64,000 nucleotides of DNA from Pyrinomonadaceae bacterium (GCA_044228425.1 JBGAUY010000007.1:2126-66125); one strand, 5' to 3'; counted from the first letter of the stretch, positions 20,994-31,315 are shown. Notes: generated from the sequence alone by a model not told the origin. Translations and numbers: made by a program.

Positions 20994-21857
20994 ATGAAAT
21001 TAAGAAATGGCATCTACGCGTTTGTTCTCGTCGCTTGCTCAGTAACTGCGACGTATTTTGTTACGAGTTCGATGGCCCAACCGGGCACCGCCCCGGCGGC
21101 AAAGGTTGATAATGAATATCAAGCCGGAGCAACGCTCTGGATGCAAAAAGCGGGCGAGTATCGTGCGCTGGCATATCAGGCGTTTAACCTCGGCCGCTGG
21201 CAGCTTGACGCAGATCTCGACAAAAAGAACCTTAAGAAACTGCCTAAGATCGAGCAGAAAAAACCGCATGCGATCGTCGTTGATATTGACGAGACGGTGC
21301 TTGATAATTCGCCGTCGCAGGCTTGGGGCATCAAAAACCGCGTCGGTTTCGATCTCAAAGATTGGTACGCCTGGGGCGAGATGCGTAAGGCAAAGGCGAT
21401 CCCCGGCAGTGTCGATTTCCTGAATTATGCAGTATCCAAAGGCGTAAAAGTTTTCTTCGTCTCAAACCGTGACGAGGTCCAGAAACAAGCCACGATGGAC
21501 AATCTCAAAGCGGTCGGATTTGCGGATATTTCCGCTGACAATGTCTTACTTCGCCAAAAAGACGATAAAGGCAACAATATCTCGACCAAAACACCCCGCC
21601 GCGAGTTCATTTTGCAAAAATACCGCATCGTGATGCTGATGGGCGATAACCTTGACGACCTTTCTGACGTATTTGAACGCAAAAGCGTCACCGACCGTTT
21701 TGCCGAAGTCGATAAAGTAAAAACCGACTGGGGCAAACGCTGGATCGTTTTGCCAAATGCGATGTACGGCACGTGGGAAAACGCGATCTACGAATACGGC
21801 CGTCTGACCGACGTCCAAAAGACCGAAAAACGTGCTGCGGCATTAGAATTACCTTAA
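20994..21857 (+). CDS. 5'-nucleotidase / class C acid phosphatase, lipoprotein e(P4) family (HAD superfamily)
   Basis: A signal peptide is followed by AIVVDIDETVLDNSPSQAW (DxDxT), VFFVSNR and MLMGDNLDD. Confidence 0.85.
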   Translation: MKLRNGIYAFVLVACSVTATYFVTSSMAQPGTAPAAKVDNEYQAGATLWMQKAGEYRALAYQAFNLGRWQLDADLDKKNLKKLPKIEQKKPHAIVVDIDETVLDNSPSQAWGIKNRVGFDLKDWYAWGEMRKAKAIPGSVDFLNYAVSKGVKVFFVSNRDEVQKQATMDNLKAVGFADISADNVLLRQKDDKGNNISTKTPRREFILQKYRIVMLMGDNLDDLSDVFERKSVTDRFAEVDKVKTDWGKRWIVLPNAMYGTWENAIYEYGRLTDVQKTEKRAAALELP

Positions 21858-21863
21858 ATAAAT

Positions 21864-24125
21864 ATGAAAGCGAAAACCTCTGTAAAGGTTCTATTTTTCC
21901 TTTTTACTTTTACCTTTTGCCTTGTTCTGAGCGTCTCTGCTCAGAACCTCACCGTGCGAGAGATCATGGCCGAACCGTCGATCGCCGGACAGCGTGTTGA
22001 GGGCGAAAAACTCTCTCCCGACGGCACAAAGGTCATCTTTTTGTGGAACGCCGAGGGCAAGCTGCCGCGTGATTTGTATATGGTCCCGGCGACAGGCGGC
22101 ACTCCGCAGATCATATTGCGTTTGAGCGATCTCCCGGCATCACCGCCGCGTGTATCGCCTGAAAATAAGCTCGATTACGGACTGATCGTGCGTGATGATT
22201 TTGTAAAAGCACGCGAGGTCGGGCTTGGTAATTTTGAATGGTCGCCGGATTCGAAACGGCTTCTCTTTACCCAAGCTGGTGATCTTTATGTTTTTACTAT
22301 TGGCGGCGGCAAGCCAAAACGTTACACAAAAACTCAGGCGGCGGAGGTCGGTGCCAGGTTCATCGACAACGACCGCATTTTATACCAGCAGAGCGGCAAC
22401 ATCTTTGTTCTCAATATTACCGACGCGACAACGGTGCAGTTGACGCGTGAGGCCGATCCGGCGAGGTTTATCTCGGTCGGCGGCGGCACTGTGTCGAAAG
22501 ACGGTAAGATGCTGGCATACACGGTTTCAGACAGCTCAAAATTTCGCCCGCTCTTTGTGCCAAATTATCTTGGCGAATTTACTGAAGCCCCAACATTTCG
22601 CCGCGGATGGTCCGAGCAAAGGCTTTTTGTAATGCCGACAGACGCGAGCCGTGATGCGCCGTTTGAGATCAAGCTGCCCAAACAAGAGGGCGTTGGCGGC
22701 TTTCGGCGAACGGCGTGGGCAGCGGATGGCCGCAGCCTGATCGTTGACCGCGTCGATAAGGACACAAAGCGCCGTCAGCTTTTCTACGTCCATAACGTAG
22801 CGAGCAAGGACGAAAAGATCATCACGATCGCAGACGAGACCGACGACAAATGGCAGGCATCACTGTCCGTCATTTTTGAGCCGAATCCAAAAGACCCAAG
22901 TAAGCTATTCTTTTGCTCGGAAAAAGACGGCTACAACCACCTTTATTTGGCAAAGATCGACGTTGACTCCGGAAAGGGCGAGATCCAACAGATGACCAAA
23001 GGTAACTGGCAGGTCGAGTGGGCAAAGTGGACCGCGGGCGGCGGTTCCATTGCATATTCATCCACCGAGGAATCCGCCGACGAGCGTCAGTTTTACTTTT
23101 TGAATACCGCAAACGGCGAAAAGACCAAGTTACAGTCTTACGAAAAAGGTATGAAGATCTCGCCGCAGATGGACGAGGTAAACCCTGTTCCGACACTGCT
23201 TTACAGTTTTTCGCAGTGGCAGACACCGGACGAACTTTATGCTCAAAAAGTATGCGATGCCTGTAAAGAGGGCGAGGCGGTCAATCGCTTGACCAAAACA
23301 GTTCCGGCGGCTTTTGACGCACGCAAATGGAACGCTCCGAGATTCGTCGATATCCCGTCACGCGACGGCAAAAAGATCGCCTCGAAATTCTATCGCCCAG
23401 CTGATTTCGACCCAAAAAAGAAATATCCGATGGTCATTTTTGTCCACGGTGCGGGCTATCTGCAAAATACGATCAACGGCTGGAACAACTATTATCGCGA
23501 GTTTATGTTCAACGATCTGTTGACCAGACGCGGTTATGTCGTGCTCGATATCGATTATCGCGGATCGGCTGGGTACGGACGTGACTGGCGAACCGACGTG
23601 TATGATTTCCTCGGCGGCAAGGATTACGACGACCACATCGACGCCATCGATTTTATGGTCAAAAACTACGCTGTCGATCCAAACAAGGTCGGCGTTTATG
23701 GCGGCAGCTATGGCGGCTTTATGGCGGAGATGTTGATCTTTCGTGCTCCTGACAAGGTCGCCGCAGCGGCCGCTTTGCGTCCGGTCGCCGACTGGAAAAA
23801 TTACTACGCTTCATCACCGCAATACACGGCGCAGCGTCTTGGTTTTCCCGACAAAAATCCTGAGGCATACAAACGCAGTTCGCCGATCTCTTACGCCGAC
23901 AAACTGCAAAAACCGCTGCTGATCTTGCACGGAATGGTCGATGACAACGTCCACGTTCAGGATTCGCAACAGTTGATCGAAAAGCTGATCCGGCTCGGCA
24001 AGACGCAGTATTTCGAAGCGATGTTGTACCCGTCAGAAAATCACGGCTTTGTGCGGCCCGAAAGCTGGGCGGATGAATACGAGCGCATTTTGGCCTTTTT
24101 TGAAAAGCATCTGAAATATAATTAG
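21864..24125 (+). CDS. S9 family serine peptidase (prolyl oligopeptidase / DPP-like) with an N-terminal beta-propeller
   Basis: A signal peptide is present. GVYGGSYGGFMA carries the nucleophile elbow, and LILHGMVDDNVHVQDS and ENHGF complete the triad region. Confidence 0.9.
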   Translation: MKAKTSVKVLFFLFTFTFCLVLSVSAQNLTVREIMAEPSIAGQRVEGEKLSPDGTKVIFLWNAEGKLPRDLYMVPATGGTPQIILRLSDLPASPPRVSPENKLDYGLIVRDDFVKAREVGLGNFEWSPDSKRLLFTQAGDLYVFTIGGGKPKRYTKTQAAEVGARFIDNDRILYQQSGNIFVLNITDATTVQLTREADPARFISVGGGTVSKDGKMLAYTVSDSSKFRPLFVPNYLGEFTEAPTFRRGWSEQRLFVMPTDASRDAPFEIKLPKQEGVGGFRRTAWAADGRSLIVDRVDKDTKRRQLFYVHNVASKDEKIITIADETDDKWQASLSVIFEPNPKDPSKLFFCSEKDGYNHLYLAKIDVDSGKGEIQQMTKGNWQVEWAKWTAGGGSIAYSSTEESADERQFYFLNTANGEKTKLQSYEKGMKISPQMDEVNPVPTLLYSFSQWQTPDELYAQKVCDACKEGEAVNRLTKTVPAAFDARKWNAPRFVDIPSRDGKKIASKFYRPADFDPKKKYPMVIFVHGAGYLQNTINGWNNYYREFMFNDLLTRRGYVVLDIDYRGSAGYGRDWRTDVYDFLGGKDYDDHIDAIDFMVKNYAVDPNKVGVYGGSYGGFMAEMLIFRAPDKVAAAAALRPVADWKNYYASSPQYTAQRLGFPDKNPEAYKRSSPISYADKLQKPLLILHGMVDDNVHVQDSQQLIEKLIRLGKTQYFEAMLYPSENHGFVRPESWADEYERILAFFEKHLKYN

Positions 24126-24204
24126 CCACAGAAAACGCCGAGAAAGATGAGTAAAGAATTCATTTTTCTCGTCTTTACTCTGTGCTCTCTGTGCCCTCTG
24201 TGGC
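24125..24204. repeat. Nonamer-built inverted repeat, CACAGAG family, copy 1
   Basis: tAG-CCACAGAAA ACGCCGAGA AAGATGAGT ... TACTCTGTG CTCTCTGTG CCCTCTGTG GC starts in the S9 stop codon and ends 12 nt before the next ATG. Its ends are near-identical to the copy at 61693. Confidence 0.85.
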
Positions 24205-24216
24205 AAAATATCCTTT

Positions 24217-25152
24217 ATGCGTATTTTAGTCACCGGCGGTGCCGGTTTTATCGGTTCACACCTTTGCGACAGGCTGCTTGCGGATGGCAACGAAGTCATC
24301 TGCTTGGACAATTTCTTTACCGGACGCAAGGCAAACATAGTCCATTTGATGGATAACAAGCACTTCGAGTTGGTGCGTCACGACGTGACCGAGCCCATCT
24401 TGCTTGAGGTCGATCAGATCTATAATTTTGCCTGTCCTGCGTCGCCTGTACATTACCAGTTCAATCCCGTCAAAACCGTTAAGACAAACGTGATGGGCAC
24501 CTTGAACATGCTCGGCCTCGCAAAACGAGTCGGGGCGAGGATCTTACAGGCATCAACATCTGAGGTCTATGGTGATCCGGCCGTGCATCCGCAGACTGAG
24601 GATTATTTTGGTAACGTCAATCCGATCGGACTCCGCAGCTGCTATGACGAAGGCAAACGGGTCGCCGAAACGCTGATGATGGATTATCATCGCCAAAGCG
24701 GTGTCGATACTCGTATCGTGCGTATTTTCAACACTTACGGCACCAGGATGCTTGAGGATGACGGCCGTGTCGTGTCAAATTTTATTGTCCAGGCCCTTCG
24801 CGGACAGCCGCTGACCATGTATGGAGACGGCACACAAACGCGTTCGTTCTGTTACGTTAGTGACCTGGTCGATGGCATCGTCAGGCTGATGAACGCCGTT
24901 GACGGCGACATCCATATGCCGGTAAATCTTGGCAATCCAGGTGAATTTACGATGAAAGAACTGGCCGATGAGGTGGGCAGATCGACCGGCAAGCAGATAA
25001 ATATCGAATTTATGCCGCTGCCGGCGGACGACCCGAAACAGCGCAAACCCAATATCGACCGTGCAAATAATTTGCTTGGGTGGCAGCCGACAGTCGCTCT
25101 CGCCGACGGACTCGAAAAGACGGTCGAATATTTCAGATCCGTAGTAAAATAA
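24217..25152 (+). CDS. uxs: UDP-glucuronate decarboxylase (UDP-xylose synthase)
   Basis: [45 protein letters not shown] and YDEGKR match the UXS-type extended SDR pattern. Confidence 0.9.
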   Translation: MRILVTGGAGFIGSHLCDRLLADGNEVICLDNFFTGRKANIVHLMDNKHFELVRHDVTEPILLEVDQIYNFACPASPVHYQFNPVKTVKTNVMGTLNMLGLAKRVGARILQASTSEVYGDPAVHPQTEDYFGNVNPIGLRSCYDEGKRVAETLMMDYHRQSGVDTRIVRIFNTYGTRMLEDDGRVVSNFIVQALRGQPLTMYGDGTQTRSFCYVSDLVDGIVRLMNAVDGDIHMPVNLGNPGEFTMKELADEVGRSTGKQINIEFMPLPADDPKQRKPNIDRANNLLGWQPTVALADGLEKTVEYFRSVVK

Positions 25153-25160
25153 ACCTAGTT

Positions 25161-26150
25161 ATGAAAATTCTTATCACCGGCGGGGCCGGCTTTGTAGGCA
25201 GCCATTTGGCTGACAAATTATTGGGCGAGGGCCATGAGATCACGGTCATCGACGATCTTTCGACCGGACGATATGCGAATATCGCCCATCTTGAGGACCG
25301 CGACGGTTTCCGTTTGATCATCGACACCGTTCTGAACGCCAAGCTGATGGAAGAGCTGATCCGCGATTCGGACCGCGTGTATCACATGGCGAGCGCCGTC
25401 GGCGTGCGTTTGATCATGGAGCAACCCGTCAAGACGATCGAGACGATCTTTCACGGGACGGATGTCGTGCTCGGCAACTGCTCAAAATACCGCAAGCGCG
25501 TGCTAATCCCATCAACAAGCGAAGTTTACGGCAAGGGCCTCTCGCTGCCGTTCAAAGAAGAGGACGATCTGCTCACAGGTGCGACAGATAAGCACCGCTG
25601 GGCGTACGCCTGTGCCAAAACGCTGGACGAATTCCTTGCTCTGGCTCACTTCAAAGAAACGCAGTTACAGGTCGTCGTCGCACGGCTCTTTAACACGGTC
25701 GGCCCGCGTCAGACAGGGCAATACGGCATGGTCGTGCCGCGATTTGTTAAGGCGGCTCTTAAAAACGAAACGATCGAGGTACACGGCGACGGCACGCAGT
25801 CGCGTTGCTTTGGCCATGTGACGGATGTCGTCAACGGATTGACCAAGCTGATCGAAACGCCGTCGTGCTTTGGCCAAGTCGTCAATCTCGGCAGCGACAG
25901 CGAGGTTTCGATCAATAAGCTTGCGGAAACCGCAATGGCGTTGACCGGCAGCACCAGCGAGATCCGCTATATCCCGTACAGCGAAGCATACGGCGAGGGG
26001 TTTGAGGACATGCAGCGGCGTGTGCCGAGCCTCGAAAAAGCAAAACGCCTGATCGGCTACCAGCCAACCCGAACGCTCGAAGACATCATCAATGATGTAG
26101 CGGCAGAAATGCGTTCACAAGCTGCTCCGACATTGCATGCACAGAATTAG
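25161..26150 (+). CDS. NAD-dependent epimerase/dehydratase family protein (extended SDR)
   Basis: The start is at MKILITGGAGFVGSHL, and STSEVYGKG and YACAKTL (YxxxK) are present. The longer ORF-track start overlaps uxs and is unlikely. Confidence 0.88.
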   Translation: MKILITGGAGFVGSHLADKLLGEGHEITVIDDLSTGRYANIAHLEDRDGFRLIIDTVLNAKLMEELIRDSDRVYHMASAVGVRLIMEQPVKTIETIFHGTDVVLGNCSKYRKRVLIPSTSEVYGKGLSLPFKEEDDLLTGATDKHRWAYACAKTLDEFLALAHFKETQLQVVVARLFNTVGPRQTGQYGMVVPRFVKAALKNETIEVHGDGTQSRCFGHVTDVVNGLTKLIETPSCFGQVVNLGSDSEVSINKLAETAMALTGSTSEIRYIPYSEAYGEGFEDMQRRVPSLEKAKRLIGYQPTRTLEDIINDVAAEMRSQAAPTLHAQN

Positions 26151-26778
26151 TACAAGATATTTTCGCGTAGCGGTCTGCACTCTGCTGACCGCTTACTGTC
26201 TACTGCTCACCGCTTATGCCCAAAACACAGGCGGAGCCAAAGGCAAGGTCCGCAATCTTCGCGGCGATTCCCTCAGCGGTGCGACCGTGACTGTACGGTT
26301 GAATGGAAAGGACATAGTTACCGCGACCACAAACGGCAAAGGCGAATTTGTTATCACCGGCCTCGAACCCGCAACATATAACTTTGTTTTCGACGCCAAA
26401 GGCTATGCCACCGGTATAAAATATGGAGTCGAGGTCAAAAGCGGCAAAACGCGGGACCTCGGCGGCAACCTCATCCTGATGGTCGATCGCGGTTCGAAAG
26501 TGGTCATTCAAGGCAGCGTCTTTTTTAAGGACGGCACCAGTGTAACCGGGGCTAAGGTCACCGTCGATCGGGTAAATGCCGACGGAGGCACGCAAAAACT
26601 TGGCAGCGGTTTCACTACAGTCAGCGGTGAATTTACTTTCTCGCAGCCCGAGGGCCGCGCGAAATATCGCATCACTGTAACCTATAATAATTCTACTGCA
26701 ACCAAAGAGATCGAAGTCGAAACTGCCGCGATCTACCGCACGGCGATCTCACTGGACATCAACCGCGATCAGAAATAA
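26137..26778 (+). CDS. Secreted carboxypeptidase-regulatory-like domain protein
   Basis: A signal peptide is followed by repeated patterns of the type GATVTV...TATTNGKGEFVITGLEPATYNFVF and GAKVTV...FTTVSGEFTF. Confidence 0.7.
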   Translation: MHRISTRYFRVAVCTLLTAYCLLLTAYAQNTGGAKGKVRNLRGDSLSGATVTVRLNGKDIVTATTNGKGEFVITGLEPATYNFVFDAKGYATGIKYGVEVKSGKTRDLGGNLILMVDRGSKVVIQGSVFFKDGTSVTGAKVTVDRVNADGGTQKLGSGFTTVSGEFTFSQPEGRAKYRITVTYNNSTATKEIEVETAAIYRTAISLDINRDQK

Positions 26779-26834
26779 CTGATAGACTGTCTACAGATCA
26801 ACTTACGTAAAATAATTTAGCGAGGAGCAAATAA

Positions 26835-27356
26835 ATGAAGAGTTTACTCAGATATAGTATCGGTTTGTTAAGTTTAGGCCTTGTGCTGACTTTTTTGGGT
26901 GCTATTTCGGTACAAGCACAGACTGATAAGGATATTACCGAGATCCGCTCCCAGGTGGCGGCGATCAACAAGGGAGCCGCGAAATACAAAAAAGTCACAA
27001 AAGATGTCGACGACATTTCGCTCGAGGGGGCTGAGGCGACGTTTTACCGTTCTGGCGACGATCTGCGAAAGGTCACAGCGAGAATGTATGGCGAAACCTA
27101 TAAAGCGACCGGTGAATTTTATTATCGGGATGGCAAACTGATTTTTGGCTATATCAGGCATAGTCAATATGACACGCAGATCGGCTTGAGCAAACCGGTA
27201 AAAGTCATTCGAGTCGAAGACCAGAAATACTATTTCAAAGATGGCGACCTGATAAGGCTAACGGTCGGAAAAAAGACATTGAAGGCAGGCTCCGAAAAGC
27301 ATACGCAACTGAAAGACACAATAATTGATATATCCGGCAAATTGACGGCGCAGTAA
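26835..27356 (+). CDS. Secreted hypothetical protein
   Basis: An SD (GAGGAG) lies upstream and a signal peptide is present. The ORF is 173 aa. Confidence 0.65.
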   Translation: MKSLLRYSIGLLSLGLVLTFLGAISVQAQTDKDITEIRSQVAAINKGAAKYKKVTKDVDDISLEGAEATFYRSGDDLRKVTARMYGETYKATGEFYYRDGKLIFGYIRHSQYDTQIGLSKPVKVIRVEDQKYYFKDGDLIRLTVGKKTLKAGSEKHTQLKDTIIDISGKLTAQ

Positions 27357-27373
27357 AACTGCGCGCTCGAAAG

Positions 27374-27808
27374 CTAATTTATTGTTTCCGTGATCTCTTC
27401 GGCGGGACGCATCGAATCGAGGTTTTCTGAGTCGGTGATGATCAGCGGAAATTCCTCTAACACGACGGTATTTGCTATCGTCTGGACCCAGTATGTGCCG
27501 GGGTTTGAGAAAACGACGTTAACAAAAAAGCTGACGTTATCAGTAAAGCCGCCGCCCGCTAAGTCGATCTGGGTCGGTTGCGAGGTGACGATGAGGTCTG
27601 CTTTGTCCGGCGACAAGATACGGACCTCGGTCTCGTGATTTCCCTGCCCGCTCCAGTGATTAATGACAGCAAATTTGATCAGCGAGACAGGCAATTTCTC
27701 GACCATGATGTTTTGAAAAACACCCATCAGCGAGATCTTGTTGCCCATTTCGATGCGCACATCGTCGCAAAGCAAAGTGTATAAAAGTCTTAAATTTCCG
27801 TCTGTCAT
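27374..27808 (-). CDS. Hypothetical protein (beta-rich, family not confidently recognised)
   Basis: The start is chosen at MTDGNLRLLYTLLCDDVRIE. The sequence resembles a conserved DUF family I cannot name with certainty. Confidence 0.6.
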   Translation of the reverse strand: MTDGNLRLLYTLLCDDVRIEMGNKISLMGVFQNIMVEKLPVSLIKFAVINHWSGQGNHETEVRILSPDKADLIVTSQPTQIDLAGGGFTDNVSFFVNVVFSNPGTYWVQTIANTVVLEEFPLIITDSENLDSMRPAEEITETIN

Positions 27809-27951
27809 CTTTATCCTTTTCGTGTCCGAATAAGAAAGCACCAATCGCAACGCCTTTCCATTATCGCCCGTTTGGTTAGATTTTTACTTTTCCTAAACGA
27901 CTGGTCAAGAGTATAATCCGGTTAAAGGTCAGATTTTTGAGGCAAGTCGTT

Positions 27952-28203
27952 ATGCTGTTTTACGCACTCATTGGAATTTCGTTAGTCTTGGTGGGGATCA
28001 CGGGACTGCAGTTTACCTATATGTTTTACCTCGACAGGCTGCATATTGAACGTAAAAAATACCTCCGAGAGCTCGAAGCCAAAAACGCCAAACTTACTGC
28101 GCAATTAGACGATGCCAAAACCCGGATCGATATGTTCGAAGCCGCCTATCCCGAGATCAGAAAAGATGATGAAGTCTGGGCCGAAGTGATCGAAGAGGCC
28201 TAG
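27952..28203 (+). CDS. Small membrane protein with a coiled-coil tail
   Basis: MLFYALIGISLVLVGITGLQFTYMFYL is followed by a charged helix (KKYLRELEAKNAKLTAQLDDAKTRI). Confidence 0.5.
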   Translation: MLFYALIGISLVLVGITGLQFTYMFYLDRLHIERKKYLRELEAKNAKLTAQLDDAKTRIDMFEAAYPEIRKDDEVWAEVIEEA

Positions 28204-28490
28204 ACGTCCAGCGAAACGATCGTCGCTCCCCAACTGCCGGAAAACTCAGGCGCATTTTTGAACGACCGCACAAAATCCGTCTCCGACAAAACCTTTCGCA
28301 CGATCTCACGCTGAACGCCGACCCCTTTGCCATGGATGATCCGAACGGTCGCAAAACCTTCCTTATGAGCCTCGGCGAGATAAGCTTCCGTTACCGCCCG
28401 TATATCTTTTGGGCTGAAGGAATGCAGATCGAGCGAATCAGTGATCTCGATCTCGACCGGTTCGGGAAATGGATTTTCGTCGATGCTCAC
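28200..28490 (-). CDS. Smr/MutS2-type small nuclease domain protein
   Basis: LDLHSFSPKDIRAVTEAYLAEAHKEGFATVRIIHGKGVGVQRE matches the Smr pattern LDLHG..IHGKG. The gene has a GTG start. Confidence 0.85.
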   Translation of the reverse strand: MSIDENPFPEPVEIEITDSLDLHSFSPKDIRAVTEAYLAEAHKEGFATVRIIHGKGVGVQREIVRKVLSETDFVRSFKNAPEFSGSWGATIVSLDV

Positions 28491-29626
28491 TATTTCCCCT
28501 TGATCTCAGGCTGCTGATATTGGGCGATGTCCTCGGGCGGCGTCACCTTGAGCCGGTTCTTGTCTTTGAAAACGGTGAATGTCTTTTCGTCCATCGTCCC
28601 CGAAGGGCTGCGGAGCTTTACGGTAAATGTCTTGTTATCGCCCTTGCCCTCGACCTTGAGCGGCAGGCTGCCCCAATAGACCGTATTGGGCGGATTGCGC
28701 CAGACGGTGTAATAGCTCTGGTCGTATTTGTCGAAGGCAAGTACTAGGATGCCGTCATAATCGGGCTCGACGCCGTCGATCGGTTTCGAATAATTATTAC
28801 GTGACAGGATCACCCAACTGCCGGGAGCGAGCGATTTGTCGCCCGAGCCGACCTTGTTAGCCGAATCGGCGTCGAGCCGCTGCCATGTTGTAAATTTGCG
28901 GTTATTTGCCTGAAAAAAGACGATGTCGCTCGGCACCCGCAGCTCGACCTGACGGCCAAACAGCCATCCTGCCGGAGCTGGCGACACAGACGGGTCGAGC
29001 CGGACGAGATACCATACATCGTATTTCTCATCCATCTTTTCGGGCTCTCCCTGTTCTTTGGCCGCCTCAATATCCTCGTTTTTAGATCTTTTGCCCGTTT
29101 TTTGCTGCCCTTTTGGGGCATCATCAACGTCCGGAACCTCTTGTTTAGGGACAAATTTCCACTGGATGATCTCAAACGTCGAGCCGTTGGCGAGCTTAAA
29201 GAGCACGTTTTCGGGGTTCATATCCGACGCTGAGCGCAGATTTGATGCCGAACGGATCACGCCTGCAGCCTGCGGAGCCTGATCCTTAAATTCCTCTGCC
29301 AGCTTTTTTGAACGGGCAAGCGTTTCGCTCGTGATGATATTTTGCGCCTCGATCCAGCCTTCGGTCAGGGCTTCGTCACGGGCACGGACGCGATACCACG
29401 GCACCTTTTCAAACTCGACCTGATCGACCACGTCAAGCTGGTCGCCGCGTTTGACCTCAAGCAGATCGGCCGCCACGACCGAGTATGACGTGCGGATCTG
29501 TGCCGTTTTCGCGATGACCGTCGCCGTATCGGTCGGCCCAAAAATACCAGTGTCGAGCCAGCTGCAACCTGCCTGTGTGAGGGCCGCCGCGAGTGTCGTG
29601 ATTATGAGAAAAAACTTGATCTTCAT
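28490..29626 (-). CDS. Lipoprotein, SH3-like N-terminal region, function unknown
   Basis: A lipobox (LTQAGC) is present. The ORF is 378 aa and overlaps its neighbours at both ends. Confidence 0.7.
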   Translation of the reverse strand: MKIKFFLIITTLAAALTQAGCSWLDTGIFGPTDTATVIAKTAQIRTSYSVVAADLLEVKRGDQLDVVDQVEFEKVPWYRVRARDEALTEGWIEAQNIITSETLARSKKLAEEFKDQAPQAAGVIRSASNLRSASDMNPENVLFKLANGSTFEIIQWKFVPKQEVPDVDDAPKGQQKTGKRSKNEDIEAAKEQGEPEKMDEKYDVWYLVRLDPSVSPAPAGWLFGRQVELRVPSDIVFFQANNRKFTTWQRLDADSANKVGSGDKSLAPGSWVILSRNNYSKPIDGVEPDYDGILVLAFDKYDQSYYTVWRNPPNTVYWGSLPLKVEGKGDNKTFTVKLRSPSGTMDEKTFTVFKDKNRLKVTPPEDIAQYQQPEIKGK

Positions 29627-31101
29627 CTATTATTTACAGTTGATTTTCGCCAGTTATTATAACCCAACTTGTCCAATAAATCCTTTTGCCGCCCCGACGG
29701 TTTTGTGACAACGCGTAACACTAGCGTCGAATTTACCGTCGAGACCTCAATACCCGCTGCAGCGAGCATCGCCGGCCACTCAAACTTATCCGCTCCCGTG
29801 ATCATACGGTCGATCACGGGAACCAGTTCGGGGTGTGATCTCATTATGTTGAGGATCGCCGCCGTGCCGACGGTGCGGTCAGTTCCGCTATGATGTTTTT
29901 GAAAGATCTCCGCGACGAGCTTGTCAGTCGAGAGTTTGCCCTTCGTTTTGTCAAGCAATGCAAGATCGCAAAGAAATGCAGCGAGCATTCCGCGGGCATA
30001 AACTTGGGTATCTGAGCCGGTCCAGCGATTGTTCGACGCGTCGATCAGCGAACGTCGCTGCGAGCCAAGATTATCGATAACGATCGCTCTTGAAAGCGTG
30101 TCCAGATAATCATCAAACCTCAAACGGTTGACCGCTACGCCAAGTTTTAGCGATTGATACAAAGCAAAACCCTCGTAAAACCAATCGTATCTTCCGCTGA
30201 GGTTAACACCGTTTGGTATCCACAGGTGAAATATCTCGTGCCTCAACTGCTCGTGCAGACGCTGCAAAGACTGCGATCTGAACGGCATATCCGACGAAGC
30301 GATCGTTACCGAACCTCCGCGAGTGTCTGCTTCCCAATTGCCATGCGGCACATCGCCGGGAAACTTGAAAATCGCGATCTGTGTGGACGGACTCGCCGAC
30401 GAGCCAAAGGTCTTTGTGTACGAGCCAAATATCTCAACCGCCATTTTCGCGGCTTCCTCGTCAGTAAATTGCCATTCGCCGGAGAGCAATATTGTTAACG
30501 CACCGGCATTTAGCTCGCGCCAATTCTTGCCAACTACAAAAGAGGCTTTTTCGACATTGCTCACTTCAAAAAAACCGTCCGACGCCCTTCGTGACGTCGA
30601 AAACACTTTCCATCCTGCGGGCAGATCGATCTTTACTCGCGCTGCGACGCTTTCACCGCTGCTCTGCGGCATTAGGTCATCGAGCATCAGCAACCCGGCG
30701 TCGCCGTTGATCCACGAAACATGAGCAGCCGCCGAACGCTGGCTTAGCGGTTTGAGATCCACAAAATATCGAAAGAGAGCAAAGTCGCCGTCTGCGACGT
30801 ACTCGCCCGCATTAATCCGTCCGTTTGTAAGTGTTTTGCCGTCACGGTCTGCAAAGCCAAAATTTGAGACTCGTTCAGCCAGTCCTGTTACACCCGCGTA
30901 TTCGCTCATGAGCGACAGATTACGTGGATTTTTGCGCGGCTTGTTTGAGGCATACCTGCCCTCTACCTCGACTGTCGTCGGCACGTTAGGCAAGAAACGA
31001 ATATGAACTTCGACGTCTTGCGCTCGCGTAAATGTAAAGAATTGTAAAATCAGGACGAAAACGGCCGATATCTGTAAAATCGCTCTGGTTTTTTTTGACA
31101 T
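29623..31101 (-). CDS. Secreted zinc metallopeptidase (M61/M1-like, HExxH)
   Basis: LRHEIFHLWIPNG plus the downstream WFYEGFALY are present. The start is chosen at MSKKTRAILQISAVFVLIL, which gives a signal peptide. Confidence 0.72.
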   Translation of the reverse strand: MSKKTRAILQISAVFVLILQFFTFTRAQDVEVHIRFLPNVPTTVEVEGRYASNKPRKNPRNLSLMSEYAGVTGLAERVSNFGFADRDGKTLTNGRINAGEYVADGDFALFRYFVDLKPLSQRSAAAHVSWINGDAGLLMLDDLMPQSSGESVAARVKIDLPAGWKVFSTSRRASDGFFEVSNVEKASFVVGKNWRELNAGALTILLSGEWQFTDEEAAKMAVEIFGSYTKTFGSSASPSTQIAIFKFPGDVPHGNWEADTRGGSVTIASSDMPFRSQSLQRLHEQLRHEIFHLWIPNGVNLSGRYDWFYEGFALYQSLKLGVAVNRLRFDDYLDTLSRAIVIDNLGSQRRSLIDASNNRWTGSDTQVYARGMLAAFLCDLALLDKTKGKLSTDKLVAEIFQKHHSGTDRTVGTAAILNIMRSHPELVPVIDRMITGADKFEWPAMLAAAGIEVSTVNSTLVLRVVTKPSGRQKDLLDKLGYNNWRKSTVNNR

Positions 31102-31315
31102 CAGCTGTAGTGCGGCAATAGAATGGTTGTTTCCTGATAGTAGGATAAGGGATATTATGAGTCTTATCAAAATCATTGTCTATGCGATGATATTCTTGCT
31201 AAGCCTGCTGTTTTTGGGCCGATTCTTTTTTTAGTCTTGTGGCATACGGGCGAAATTTTTGCTTTAAAAAACCAAGTTGCGGGTTACATCCGCGCACATA
31301 AGCGATTTGTATTAA

